DNA of 64,000 bases from Heterodontus francisci. Taxonomy: Eukaryota. Every line of letters starts with the position of its first letter. The stretch's first letter is position 1. A program made the translations under genes and the position numbers. Positions 36,639 through 49,356 of this stretch are shown here, piece by piece. The notes under the pieces were generated by a model that was not told the DNA's origin, did not search any database, and worked only from the letters and a program-made list of their open reading frames with translations. The stretch covers positions 54,009,885 to 54,073,884 of the forward strand of contig NC_090389.1 in the NCBI RefSeq assembly GCF_036365525.1, read 5' to 3'.

Positions 36639-39600
36639 AACCTGTAGGGTTAATCAGGGCACATCCACTCAATGAAGAAGCGAACCTGATGGAAAGTACA
36701 GCAGAACAAGCTGTGGCTTTAATTATAGTAAGAGTGAGACCCAGGAAGCTCATGGCTGCAAGTGCAGGAAAATTTAATAGGATTCCTGAGGGTTATCTGG
36801 GTTTTGTGTCTGAAGGGAGAGTAACCCCATATCCATCGAGTGGGGCAAGCAAGCCCATAGTATTTCTCAGGGACACAAGGGCAACTAGATCCTTTTTACT
36901 GGGAAAGGCCTGATCTTTCCCCCAGAGAGTGCAATGAACACCAGAATGGTGGTGAATGGTATTGGAAGGCAGTGTATGCCTGTACCTGTACACGGTGCAC
37001 CTGAAGTGCGAGCTAGTTATGGGACCGGTGACCGTAGGGATTGTCCCTAGTTTACCTGTGGACGCAGTTGACCTGCTCCTAGGTTATGATCTGGCAGGGG
37101 TGAAGGTGGTAGCCCCCCCAGTAGTAAAAGAGAGACCGCAGGAGGTCAGGGAGACAGGGCAGTGGCAGGAGATGGTCCCCTGCGGTTTCCCTGAATAATG
37201 AGTGAAGCATGATCAAACCAGTTCCCCCAGAGGAGACTGCATTAGCACTATAGACAGAGACAAAGAGAGACCTCTGGGGGCAGAGAAACCATAAGGGTGA
37301 TGCCTCATCTAGTCGAAGTGCCACAGGAGAATGCAGTAGAGTCTGCACAAATACCTGTAGGCAGGAGTGTCCCAGAGGACAAAGGGGAGATTAGCAAAGA
37401 ATCCCCCCCCCCACAGTCAGGCAAAAAGAGAACCACCCATCCCCTGAAGTCAAAAGCCTTTGCATGACTCAGCAAAGCACTGAAAAAGAGTTCAGGATAG
37501 ATCCGCCCACTACTGACTCTCCTGAGGAAAAACAATTCCAACTTAGGGCTAATTAAATCTAATCCTCCCCCTTTGCCGACCTCAACAGGAACAAAGACCC
37601 GAGGCAGTTATGGAAATGGGCAAACTGAAGAAAAACATCCCCAAAGAACCACATGTTTATCGGGATGCCAAAAAACGGGTAGTTAAAGCAACACTGCCAC
37701 CAAGAAAAGACAGGCTGTAATAAGTTTTAGGATTTATGAATGAATGTGAATGAATGAGAGAGCGAGAGAGACACATGTTTTTTTTCCTGTATCTTATGTT
37801 TACTCTCTCAACCCTTTTTAATGAAATGTGCTTTTCTCAAATAATATTTAATTCCCATGGGTGTGGAGGTGTCAAGTAAAACCCTGTTACGATAAGACCA
37901 GGTGAAGGCTGAGAGGGAACCTAGACCTCTTTCTCACCTGGTCGCAACAGTCGTAGATTGTGAGATGCCACGTATGTCGCCTGTGGATCCCTGGAAGGCG
38001 CTGCGAGCAAAACAATTGAGTGCAGCAGTCACCTTGAGGGCAACTGGCATGGGATTCCCACTGAAGCTGAGCGGTGCAGGTCATGCCACAGAATCCTACA
38101 AATTTCTGTGATCATTTCACGTGACATTCTTAGGCATCTCTGGCATTGCCTCTCTGACATTTGTAGGTAATTTGTCCTCGTCCTGAGGATGCGATGACGT
38201 GCCAGTGTCCGTCTTCGATATGGCCGTTCCTGGTTGTTATCATTGGAAGCATCCTCACCCTCCTGTTCTGCCTGTTGCTGGTGCTCAGGCATGATGACTT
38301 GAGGGAAAAGAGCCCTCCATTTGCTCTTCTTCCCATGGTACTAGACAAATTGGGTGTATGGGACCCATGTGGCTTTCCTAAATAAATAAGAACAGCATAG
38401 CAATTCAACACTCTGTTGCCAGTGAGCTGAAACATCGAGACAATGAACAGCTCCCTTATATGTGCCTTAAAATTGCAGCCAGGTAGAAGATCCCCCCCCC
38501 ACCCCCCCCCACACTGCTATCGTTTGCCTCCTCTTACTCTCCTTCCTCTCCTTCAGTGTCCACGTGGTTTCCATTATCATCGGAGAAGATGGTGCGCGTG
38601 GAATTCAGAGCAAGTCTCCCACCTTTCAACCTCCTCCTGCAACCTTCCAGCTTGAACCCATCACCCACGACCCACCCAATATTACAGTTCCCTTTCCCTA
38701 TGTTACAACTGAGCCTCTCCCTATTACTGTGCACAGTGTAATCATCAATGTATTCATGTCATCCCCCACCCCCAGTTCCTACTCCCATTATTATCAACAT
38801 GCCGACTTTCCCCTTGAACCTCCTCACATTGAACTGACCATTGTTGCAGAGTCCCATTCCCCTCCATATGAAGTTGTCAATTTCCCACCCATCAGTCTTG
38901 ACCTTCCCCCCTACAGAATCCATTGTACCCCATTGACTGTGACCATTCTCTCTGCGAGCCAGTACCCTGAATTTGCCCCACAGCTCCCTGACGTTGACAG
39001 CACCCATCCCTCCCTTTAGGCCCTTGCCAGATAGCTTCACACTGTAATGCTATTATCCACCCACTACACCCGCAGCCGACAACATGCATCTTCAGCATCA
39101 ACAGCAACCATTCAACTCGCTGGACGTTCCACTCCACCCTCCCCTGCCCCTCCATGCACCCGATCAGTCCCACCCATCCCTCCCCGACTACCCTGCCCTG
39201 CTCATCCATGCCTCAATCAGCCCCTCCCGTCTTCACCAAGTACCCTGCCCTTCTCCTTTATGTATCCAATCAGACCTACCCTTACCTCACCAAGTACCCT
39301 GCCCTGCACCTCCATGTGACTCCCACCCATGACTTTGCCACCATCTCCTGAGAAGATTCACCCCTTACTAGTGCCGAGCCTGGAGGCAAACCATTCCAAT
39401 GCTAGCATGGAGGGAAACATCCATTCCAATGCTGCCAATAGTTTAGCGGATGAGCTAAAGAGAGAAGAGCGCAGACCTGAGACACAACTGCACAAATCCG
39501 ACTCCTCCACGCCACAGTGAAACAATTGTGAACCGGCTGACATGGGAATATCGCTCGCCATTCACTTAATCTGACAGGTAGGAATAAATTGTGACTATTG

Positions 39601-39814
39601 TAGGGTAAAGAGTATTCATGTTATTTAAATGATTGCAAAGCTGCAATCCACCACCACACTGAGGGAACCCCGGAACGCTGCAAACCCGCTGCCAACTTAA
39701 TTCCTCTAAAATACCCCACCGTCAGGAATACGAGAAAACACCTCCTGCCTAATTATATCACCCTGCACGCCACCAAATCCACCACATCGGAGAGCATAAA
39801 ATTTCCCCCTTAGT

Positions 39815-41180
39815 CTCAGTAATGGTGCCATGAAACTCTCATTCATTGTCATAAAAACCCATCTGGTTCACTAACGACCTTTAGGGAAGAAAATCTGCTG
39901 TCATTATCTGGTCTGGCCTACATGTGACTCCAAACCCACAGCAATGCGGTTGAATCTTAATTGCCTTCTGAAATGGCCTAGCAAGCCACTCAGTTGTCAA
40001 GGGCATCCCATGAAAAAAAATATTAAAAAGGAAAAGAGTAACTGAAGTGAGCATTGGTCCTCTTAGAGAGTGACACTGAGGAATTAATAATGGGAAACAA
40101 GGAAATGACAAATGTGTTGAACAGGTAGTTTGTGACTGCCTTCACTATATGACACAAAGAACATTCCAAGAATGCTTGAAAATCAAGAGGTAAAAGGGAG
40201 GTAGGAACATAAAACAATCACAATCACTAGGGAAAAGATACTAGGAAAACTATTAGAACTAAAGGCTGACAAGTCTCCTGGCCCTGATGGCTTTTTAAAA
40301 ATTCTTTCATGGAATGTGGGCGTCACTGGCAGGGCCAGCATTTCTTGCATCCTAGGGGCTGCAGAGATAGTAGATGTATTTGATCTTCCAAAATTCCCTA
40401 GATTCTGGAAAGGTTTCACTGGTTTGGAAAATCACAAATGCAACACCTCTAGTCAGGAAAGTAGGGAGACAGAAAACAGGAAACTATAGGCTAGTTAGCA
40501 TAACATCTGTTATCGGGAAAATGTTAGAATCCATTATTAAGGAGGTAATAGCAGAACATTTAGATAATTCACATGATGGTCTGCATGCTCTGTATACATC
40601 CAACGACTATTCACTGCACGTGGCTAACGCCCTCACCAACATGACCCCTAACATGATTCACCTCAAAAGCGCGCACATGCACACCACGGACGTCATTTTG
40701 GAGCTCCATAGGCACTCATGGCTCCCAAAAACAGGCGCAAGTCATGGAATAATAGAACGGTTACAGCACAGAAGGAGGCCATTCGGCCCATCATGTAATT
40801 GAATCATTAGATCCTGAGGGGTCTTGGCAGGGTGGATGTGGAAAGGATGTTTCCTCTTGCAGGAGAATCTAGAACTAGGGGTCGCTATTTAAAAATAGGG
40901 GGTCGCCCATTTAAGACAGAAATGAAGAGAATTTTTTTTCTTTCAGAGGGTTGTGGGTCTTTGAAACTCTCTTCCTCAAAAGGCGGTGGAAGCAGAGCCT
41001 TTAAATATTTTTAAGGCAGAGGTTGATAGATTTTTGATAAGCAAGGGTGAAAGGTTATTGGGGGTTGGCGGGAATGTGGAGTTGAGGTTACAGTCAGATC
41101 AGCCATAATCTTATTGAATGGCAGAGCAGGCTCAAGGGACCGAGTGGTCTACTCCTGCTCCTAATTCATATGTTCGTATG
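39815..41180 (+). mobile_element. Cluster of CR1 fragments
   Basis: KSPGPDG, NYRLVSITSVIGK, SRTRG..LKI and tail CTACTCCTGCTCCTAATTC. Mixed orientation in places. Confidence 0.7.
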
Positions 41181-41419
41181 TGTCCATGCTGGTTCTCTGC
41201 AAGAGCAACTCAGGTAGAAGAATTGCTCCCTGAACACTCTGGGTGGATATGGCCTCCTGCTGAGAGCCTTTCTCCCTCTCCTTCTCCTCCTCTTCCAGCA
41301 GCTTGATCTGCTCTGTGTGGCCTCTGTTCATTCTCCAAGTCATCCTATAATCGAAGGGAAATGTCTACTAGTGCATCCATGTCTGGGAGCAACTGGTTTC
41401 AGCAGAAACTTTGGAGTCA

Positions 41420-42277
41420 GCAAAAGCTAGTACAGCCTTTTTCCCAGAGCCCTGCAAATGTTTTCTCTTCAGTGCTTATCCAACTCCCTTTTGAAAGCCT
41501 CAATGGAATCTGCCTCCATCACACTCTGAGGCAGTGCATTCCATATACTAACCACTGGCTGTGTAAAAAAGCTTTTCCTCATGTTGCCATGGTTCTTTTG
41601 CCAATCGCCTTAAATTGGTGTCTGCTGATTCCCAACCCTTCCACCAATGGCAACAGTTTCTCTCTATCGCCTCTGTCCATACCCCTGATGATTTTGAAGA
41701 CCTCTATCAAATCTTCTCTCAACCTTCTCTAAGGAGAACAACCCCACCTTCTCCAATACATCCACGTAGCTGAAGTCCCTCATCCCTGGAAGGATTCTTG
41801 TAAATCTTTTCTGCATCCTCTCTAATGCCTTCACATCTTTCCGAAAGTGTGATGCCCAGAATTGGACACAATACTCCAGCTAAGACTGGACCAGGTTTTA
41901 TAAAGATTTATCATAACTTCCTTGTTCTTGCACTCTTTGCCTCTATTTATAAAGCCCAGGGACCCATATGCCTTATTAACCACTGTCTCAACCTGCCCCG
42001 CCACGTTCAACAGTATGTGCACATATTCTCCCCTCGGTTTCACCTGTTCCTGCACCCTCATTAGAATTGTACCCTTTATTTTATATTGCCTCTCCTCGCT
42101 CCTACCAAAATGAATCACTTCACACTGCTCTGCATTAAATTTCATCTGCCACATGTCTGTCTATTCCACCAGCTTTTCTATGTCCTCTAGAAGTCCTCCT
42201 CAAGGTTCACAATACTTTCACATTTTGTGTCATCTGCAAATTTTGAAATTGTGCCCCGCACAGCCAAGTCTAGATCA
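41420..42277 (-). mobile_element. CR1 LINE RT C-terminal fragment
   Basis: WQMKFNAEQCEVIHFG and flanking CR1 motifs. Confidence 0.8.
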
Positions 42278-43599
42278 TAGAGTCATAACAGACTAAATTT
42301 TTGGGGCCTCAGGAAGGCAGGAGTAGAGGCGGGGCATCCCGGAAAACAGTGGCACCAGTCAGCGTGTTAGTTTCAAAATGCCGTTCCGGCACCGGCAATA
42401 TTCACCAGATAGGGTAGAGGGTGGGACAAGAATCCCACTCTCCTCCCAATTAAAGCAGATTAAAGTGGTTTATAAGCTCATTAAGATCTTGTTAACATAG
42501 AAGGTTTGAACTTTGAAGGAGTTGCACGGGTTACACAAGCGCCAGTTGCAGATCAGCTGTAAGGAGGCAGGTACAGAGTGGGAAACCAGTCATGGCTTCC
42601 CCAAGGAATTGTCCCAGTCCCATAAGAGGGTCAGCAGAGCAGAGGGGGGCTCTCACTTTGCTGAGGAAGAGCCCTTGGTGCTGAGTAGGTGGCGCAGAGA
42701 GTGAGAACTCAGTACCTGGGCATTGAACAAGGTCAGCACCCCCTTGGCATTGCAGGGGCAGAAGAGCAGTGGGCAAGCCTGCCAATGATGGAAGCACATC
42801 TGCCTAGAGGCTTTGGCCTCTCCGTGGAGAATCCTGTTATGTCTTTCATCACCTCATATCACTTTGCCTGTAACAGCTGCAGTAAAAAGGAGTCCCAGAT
42901 GTGTGCCTTAACATGTCAGAATTTATATCGTGTACAGAGAAAAATTCACTTCACATAGACAGTAGGAAGACACCCCAGTGACCCACTTAGTAGTCCACCT
43001 GCTGTGATGGCCTCTGCACTCGGCCACTCCTATGCGGTGCTCCCCTTGTGGCCCCAGAGGACGTGAAGGCAGCCTGCTCCCTCACCTCAGCTTGTGGCTG
43101 AGATGCATGTGGTAGTCGTCCTCATCGTGGAGGTGACTGTGGGGGCATCTCCAGAGGCTGTTGCACCTGCATTATTGCGGGGCAGCCTTCATCACTTGGC
43201 CCTGCTGCACAGATGCACCCTCAGTCGGAGACAAGGAGGCCAAGGATGATGATGGCGCTCTGTGTGGGGTGACACCCTCACCATCCTCCATCACATCCTC
43301 AGCCCTTGCTAGGCATGCCAAATGCCTGGCAAAAGACATCAGCTGGGGCATAGCTGGCATCCCCTCCAAGAATCTCTGTGCCATCAGCACCACTGACTGG
43401 TCCACACTACTCAGTGTCTCATGGATCCCTGGATGTCAGTGCGCAGTTCCTGCATTCACTCATGCTGAAAATGGCTCTCCAAGTAGTTGGCTACTCTCTG
43501 TATGGAGCAGCTCAAAGCCCTGAGCCATGGTGATGCATCCTCTGCCCAAGACTCCACATTATCTCAGGGAATGCGACATGCGGTATCACATCTCCTGCT

Positions 43600-44697
43600 A
43601 CTGTTCAATACTCTTCACTATTGAGAACCTGGATGAATATAGAAGGTTCAGAGGGGAATTATAAAACAAATAAGAGAAGCAAAGAGAGAGTTTGAACAGA
43701 GACTGGCAGCTAACATAAAAAGGAATCCCACAGTTTTCTATAGATATATGAATCTGGCTCAAAGAAGGGCAAGACTGGGTATTAAATATTCCTGGATACA
43801 AGGTGTTCAGGAAAGATAGAAAAGGGAAAAAAGGGGGGTGGGGGAGATGGTGGTATTGATTAAGGAGAACATTGCAGTGCTGGAGAGAGGGGATGGCCCA
43901 CAGGGGTCGTGGACAGAATCTATTTGGCTAAGAGCTAAGGAACAAAAAAGATGCGGTTACATTGCTTGGTGTTGTCTGTAGGCCACCAACTAGTGGGAAG
44001 GATGTAGAGGAACAAATTTGCAAGGAAATTACAGAGAGGTGCAAAAATTATAGGGTAGTTAGATTGGGGGACTTCAATTATCCAAATATAGACTGGGATA
44101 GTAGTGGTGTAAAGGGCAATGAAGGGCACGAGTTCCTAGAGTGTGTTCAGGAAAATTTTCTATGGCAGTATGTTTCTAGTCCAATGAGAAAGAAGGCACT
44201 GCTAGACCTGGTTCTTAGGAATGAGGTGGGCCAAGTAGATCAAGTGTCAGTAGGAGAACATTTAGGAGACAGTGACCATTGTGTCATGAGATTTAGGCTG
44301 ACTATGAAAAAGAACAGAGAACAATCCAGAGTAAGAATAATTAACTGGGGGAAAGCCAACTTCAGTGTGCTAAGAACAGATCTGGGATGAATAAACTGGA
44401 GTCAAAGCTTGACAGGAAAAATGGGAGCTGAACTGTGGGCTACCTTCAAAGAAGAGATAGTTCGGGCACTGTCAAGGTATATTTCCTTGAAAGGGCCAGG
44501 TAGGGCAAATAAATCCAGAGCTTCCTGGACGATAAAAGAGATTGAGATTAAGATAAAGAAGAAAAAGTGTGCTTATGACAGATGCCAGGTAGAGAATACT
44601 ATTGAGAACCAGGCTAAATATAGGAAGTTCAGATTGGAAGTGAAAAAGCAAATAAGAGAAGCAAAAAGAGAGTATGAACAGAGACTGGCAGCTAACA
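43600..44697 (+). mobile_element. CR1 LINE endonuclease-region fragment
   Basis: CRPP, LGDFNYPNIDW, LDLVL and LGDSDH. Confidence 0.82.
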
Positions 44698-45439
44698 GCT
44701 GTTTCTTATGTTCTTTTGTGAGAGCATCTGTGCAGTGGATGGTGCACTCATAAAGTGTAATGGTGCTTCTTCTTCTTCTTCCTCGTGTAGTTCAGGCCCT
44801 GCGGAGGGAGAGGGTGCCCAGGGTTAGACGTCTGCACCTGTGGGAGACACAAGAAGAGATGATGGTAGCTAGCCGAGGAGATTGGAAATCTCTGCAGTGC
44901 ACAACACCGGACGCGCCCCCTTAATGACCACTTTGCCCTCTGTAATCACCAGGAGCTCCGGTTTCACCAGGCCTGACTGCTTCCTCTCCCACTATCCTGG
45001 CTATCTCCAATGTCATCTGCTCCATGGGGATTATTCAATAAAGAAAGGATCCCCCCAAACCCCTCCCCCCACTGCCCGCCCCCACCCCCGTCTCTTCCTC
45101 GCGTTGTGGGAATGTTTCTCCTGCAAGGACAAAAGAGAGCAAGATAAGGCACTGCTATTTTCAAGGTTCAATCACATCTGTCCCTATCCATTAGGAGCTC
45201 CGTGTCTCAGTGGTGACAGGTCATCAGTCATTGTGAGGGGTCAGTAATTGCCCTTGGCACACACCCCTCTCATGTTCAGAGCAGCATGTGCCCTGAGGCT
45301 CCTCAGGTGGTGTGTCTGCTGGAGGGGGCAGACCTGTCCAGAGGGTTGGGGGTCAACTCATCTTGCCAGAACATATGAGGTCATTGAACCTTTCTTGGCC
45401 CTGGATTCAAGTTTTCCTTGTCTCATGCTTTGTCATGCT

Positions 45440-45732
45440 TTGTCTTTTCCTGCAACTAATACCACTCCCTTTGCCTTTTATTCCATGATATCTTTATCAT
45501 TTAATCTCTCCCACCCTAACGGGAGACCTTCTCTTTTGTTATTCTTCCCCCTTCCCCATTTCACTTGCTCAAAACCTATTACATTTCTAACCTTTTCCAG
45601 TTCTGATGAAAGGTCTCTGAAATGTTAACTCTGATCTCTCTTCAGAGATGCTGCCAGACCTGCTGAGTATTTCCAGCATTTTTAGTTTTTATTTCAGATT
45701 TCCAGCACCCGCAGTATTTTGCTTTTATTTTA
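45440..45732 (+). mobile_element. Penelope-related terminal fragment
   Basis: Reverse complement of the block at 6447-6720 and 8192-8330. Confidence 0.7.
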
Positions 45733-47373
45733 GTCTTTTTCTTATGCTGCCTCATCGAAGTCCTCATCTGTGTCCTTTACAGCCGAACTTGTGTGTGACC
45801 TCAGCCCCCAGTGATCTGGCACCTGTGCTACTCTTGTCCCCTTGTGCTGACTGCAGGCCACTTGTGCCAGGTGTATCTCCACGTACAGATCCTACCTCTG
45901 AGATGCTGTCTAAAGTATGGACAGTGTCAATATCTGAGCTGGTGGCTGCGAGTGTGAGATCAAGTGATGGTGTTTCACCATCATCACTGTCTTCCTGCTC
46001 TTCCACCACACCTTGCCAGATGGTAGTTCTTGAGTATCTGAAAGGAGAAAGACACAAGGGTAGGACTCTGGTGAAGGGAAGGGTGCGTGCTTATACCATC
46101 TGCAGTTTAAAAATCAGAAGAGATTGTGGGATGAGGGGAAAGTGGGATGTGAGAAGGAGGATTAGGTATAAGGATAACATCATCTTTGTTGGTTTCAGAC
46201 CTGCCATTGGCCACGGCTGCAGTCATGGCCACTCTAATGATGGAGGGCACCATCTCCGCCATGGGAATAATACATGTATCCATGCTTGTCCCCTGCTAGT
46301 TAGCTTCTGCTGCCTCCAGTTATGTGCCACTTCATCCTGCATGAGAGAGGGAAGTGTGTCAGTGAGAGTGGGGCAATGTGATTGGGTGATGTGGCTGTCA
46401 TGGTTGAATAGCTGGCAGTGTGTGCAAGCTGTGAGATGTGGGTGTGAGGTTTGCAGCAGGTCTATGCGTGTGAGAATGAGGTGAAACTATGAATGTGAGG
46501 TATGAGTCATGATTGATGAAACTTGTTGCTAGGTGAGTGATGGGGTTGTGGTGAATGGAGCAGTGTGTGAGGCTAGTGGTTCAGTTTTTAGGATATAGAA
46601 TTAGAAGATGAATTCACTGACCTTGACCACTCGTGTAAGGTCATTGAACTTCTTGCAGCACTGCATTCAGGTCCTCGAGGCGAGACTGCAGGCGGTGACT
46701 GCGACAACTTTCTCATCCCACTACCTTCGCAATGTCTGTCTGGAGGGCTTCATGGCCTCATCCCCTCCTGCACTATGGCCTCTACTGCTGCATCTGAGAA
46801 CCTCGGAGGATGCTCTTTGTCCTGTTACACCATTCGTCACTCTTCTTCCCGCTCAGAATGTCTTTGCTAGCCACTTCCAGCACCTGCACTAGACAGAATG
46901 CACCTTTGCTTTAAGCCGTGCAGGTGGACTTTAAGTGGCACTAGCCTCGCACGAACTTGGGCCCCCTTCTGAGATATGCAGATGCTCACCAGTGTAGCAA
47001 TCACGCAGCAATTATGTAAATGAGCAGGCATGCACATCGGAAGGAACCGGTGCGGATTAATCATGCTTTACAATCTCCACACCTGTTTTGGGAGGGGCTA
47101 TCCAATTTTTCCCTCATAACAGGTGCGGAGATTATGTCATAGATTAAACAAGAAATGCTAACAGTGCATAGTGAGAAAAGGAAGAAAGACAGAACCCTCC
47201 TTCCAGGCAACATCTGTGTTTCAATGGTCTTCAACTCGAAGGTTAGCAGTATTGAGAGAGTGAACTAGGGTGTTGCAAAGGACTGGTTTCCTTTGCCCCC
47301 TTGCCCTGCCCCAGAATACAAAAACAGGAGGAGATTCTTTCTTTCTCCATGGGTAATCTCTCATTGTGTTATC

Positions 47374-47629
47374 TATTGTGAGATCGCCTTAAGAGTGATG
47401 TCCCTTTAAGACATCAGTATGCTAATGACCTAAGCACCAGGATGTAGTCATGTGACTCGAAGCCCGCATCACTCTGCGACTTTAACACCCAGATGAAGGT
47501 TCTGTAAATAGTTTGTTCTGGACTGTATATACTTATTTAGCTGTTAATAAACCTGTTTGAGATCTTCAGCATACTCAATTCCACGAATCTCATTTCTGTT
47601 GCATCAGACAACTTAAAGAACTCATTACA
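47374..47629 (+). mobile_element. Short solo LTR
   Basis: T(A)TTGTG..ATTACA, AATAAA, 5-bp TSD TTATC. Second copy at 61373-61645. Confidence 0.8.
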
Positions 47630-48007
47630 TTATCTAACCACTATTTTTAATGGTTTGAGTGTCAATCTTAGGACTTTCACCTCCAGGCTGGAAGGTTGTA
47701 GATTCAAGCCTGCCTGCACAGACATAAACACATAATCTCGGCTGGCATTTCAGTGCAGTGCTGTGGGAATGCTGTGCCGTTGGATGTGCCATTGTTGGGA
47801 TGCAGTGTTAAATGAAGTCCCATCTGCCCACTCGGGTGGGTGTGCAAGGTCCTATGGCACTACTAGAAGAAAAGCAGGCGGTTGTCCATGCCAGCATTTA
47901 TCTCTAAATCAACCCACCAACAACAAATTATTTAGTCATTTATATCATTGCTGTTTCTGGGATCTTACTGTGTGTAACTTGGCTGCTACATCCCTATATT
48001 ATAATAG

Positions 48008-49356
48008 TGTTACGATCTCTATAGAAACCACCAAATTTTTAGAAGAGAAATTCGAATTCCCAGTTATTAACTGAAAGAATTACGCCACAAGATTTTGGGC
48101 TTTAAACAAAAACTTTTACTGTACAAGAGTTAAACAAGCCAAGCACTCCTAACTTAGTTTAGTTTAGAGATACAGCACTGAAACAGGCCCTTCGGCCCAC
48201 CGAGTCTGTGCCGACCATCAACCACCCATTGATACTAATCCTACACTAATTCCATATTCTTACCACATCCCCACCTGTCCCTATATTTCCCTACCACCTA
48301 CCTATACTAGGGGCAATTTATAATGGCCAATTAACCTATCAACCAGCAAGTCTTTGGCTTGTGGGAGGAAACCGGAGCACCCGGAGGAAACCCACGCAGA
48401 CACAGGGAGAACTTACAAACTCCACACAGGCAGTACCCGGAATTGAACCCGGGTCGCTGGAGCTGTGAGGCTGCGGTGCTAACCACTGCGCCACTGTGCC
48501 GCCCTTAACACTATAGTTTTACTTTAAACCCAAAATTGCAATAGAATGTAAAGTCTTATACTTTAAACCCGGAAAACTCAGTAGAACACTCCCCGTTTGA
48601 CTTTTTCTTCCACCCAAGAGTTCCCCTATTTTTTAAAGGCTCTTGAGGGTTCCTTCATTTCTCCTGGGACCAAACGAAAGCATACCACAGCTCTCAGGAA
48701 TTGACTCCCTTAGTTTCCCAGCTGTTGTCAAGCTGAGGCGTGTCTTGGGGATTCTCCCTCTACCATCCAGGTATGCAAACCCTGAAGCCCGACATCAACA
48801 CCTCAAGAATTTGGGATTTCCCCAGCCTGAGCATGGGCCTCACTCACATCCTTGTCCAACTTCTGACAGATTCTCTCTCCACCTGGCTCAAGCTGTTCCA
48901 AAGCAAAGATCGACTTTCTGTGAACAATCACAGAGATAAAACCCCAAGACCAAAAGGGCATCTCCCTGCATAATCTATCTCCATAGCAGTGTGGTACACC
49001 TGCGATGTCCCAGATAAAATTTAAACTAATCTAACTTATGGCTTCAAAACAAAACCTTTGATCCTGAGCCCACATGAATAATTCACATTGCTAACAAAGA
49101 CAGGGCAATTCTTTTCAGACATGCTGTCCTCAGTTCCCCAAATAAACGGCCCACCTGCTGTTTTATGGCTCTCTTCCCACTAACACTGACCCTGCAGGAA
49201 TGCATGGAAAGACTTTTGAAGTGTAAATATCTTGGATGGTCTGGCAATTTCTAAATTCCAGAGTTTCAATTACCTTACATTAACAAATTTAATTCACCAC
49301 ACTAAAAATGACCTCAAAAAATATTAATATAAACAATGACCTAGATGATCATAACA
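48008..49356. mobile_element. Solo LTR-like element containing a SINE
   Basis: Inverted termini TGTTACGATC..GATCATAACA, flanked by ATAG/ATTG. Confidence 0.65.
48154..48504 (-). mobile_element. V-SINE (HE1-like)
   Basis: Full copy with a (CTAAA)n tail. Confidence 0.9.

Larger units (their letters stand above)
34267..37200 (+). pseudogene. Gypsy gag (coiled coil, SCAN-like capsid, CCHC knuckle) and aspartic protease, frameshifted
   Basis: IPKFNQEDVE, WP..W..LLQSKLTGKA, YELVPEAYRQKF, LLEEFK, CFHCNKAVHLRADC, and LRDTRATRS (degenerate DTGA). Interrupted by Penelope and CR1 insertions. Confidence 0.85.
32373..37949 (+). mobile_element. Gmr1-like Gypsy LTR provirus, non-autonomous (gag and protease only)
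   Basis: 5' LTR 32373-34127 (TGT..ACA), PBS, gag-pro, purine tract GGGTGTGGAGG, reduced 3' LTR 37870-37949, and 5-bp TSD GTCGC/GTCGT. Confidence 0.85.
31995..39810 (-). mobile_element. Decayed Harbinger transposon 2; transposase split by the Gypsy provirus
   Basis: 38230-37950 encodes MSERQCQRCLRMSRE..SAFQGSTGDIRGISQS and continues in frame at 32372-31995 as ATHRCIKEVT..GSCHD..WILGDKGY. TIR-like GGGGGAAATTTTATG at 39810. Confidence 0.8.
42950..47115 (-). mobile_element. Harbinger-type Myb/SANT gene remnants (element 3, probably two merged copies) with nested CR1 and Penelope
   Basis: Minus strand MQCCKKFNDLTRVVK|gtcagt intron 46337-46621|DEVAHN, and acidic exon EEQEDSDDGETPSLDL..SSDIDT. A second EKHSHN exon lies near 45120. 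Confidence 0.65.

Noticed and set aside
45648-46484. 278-aa + strand ORF
   Set aside because: It is antisense read-through of a Penelope fragment and Harbinger Myb exons and introns, with no domain signal.
48430-48504. tRNA-like A/B-box sequence (here and in the five sister copies)
   Set aside because: It is the head of a SINE and continues into the V-domain and LINE tail, so it is not a tRNA gene.
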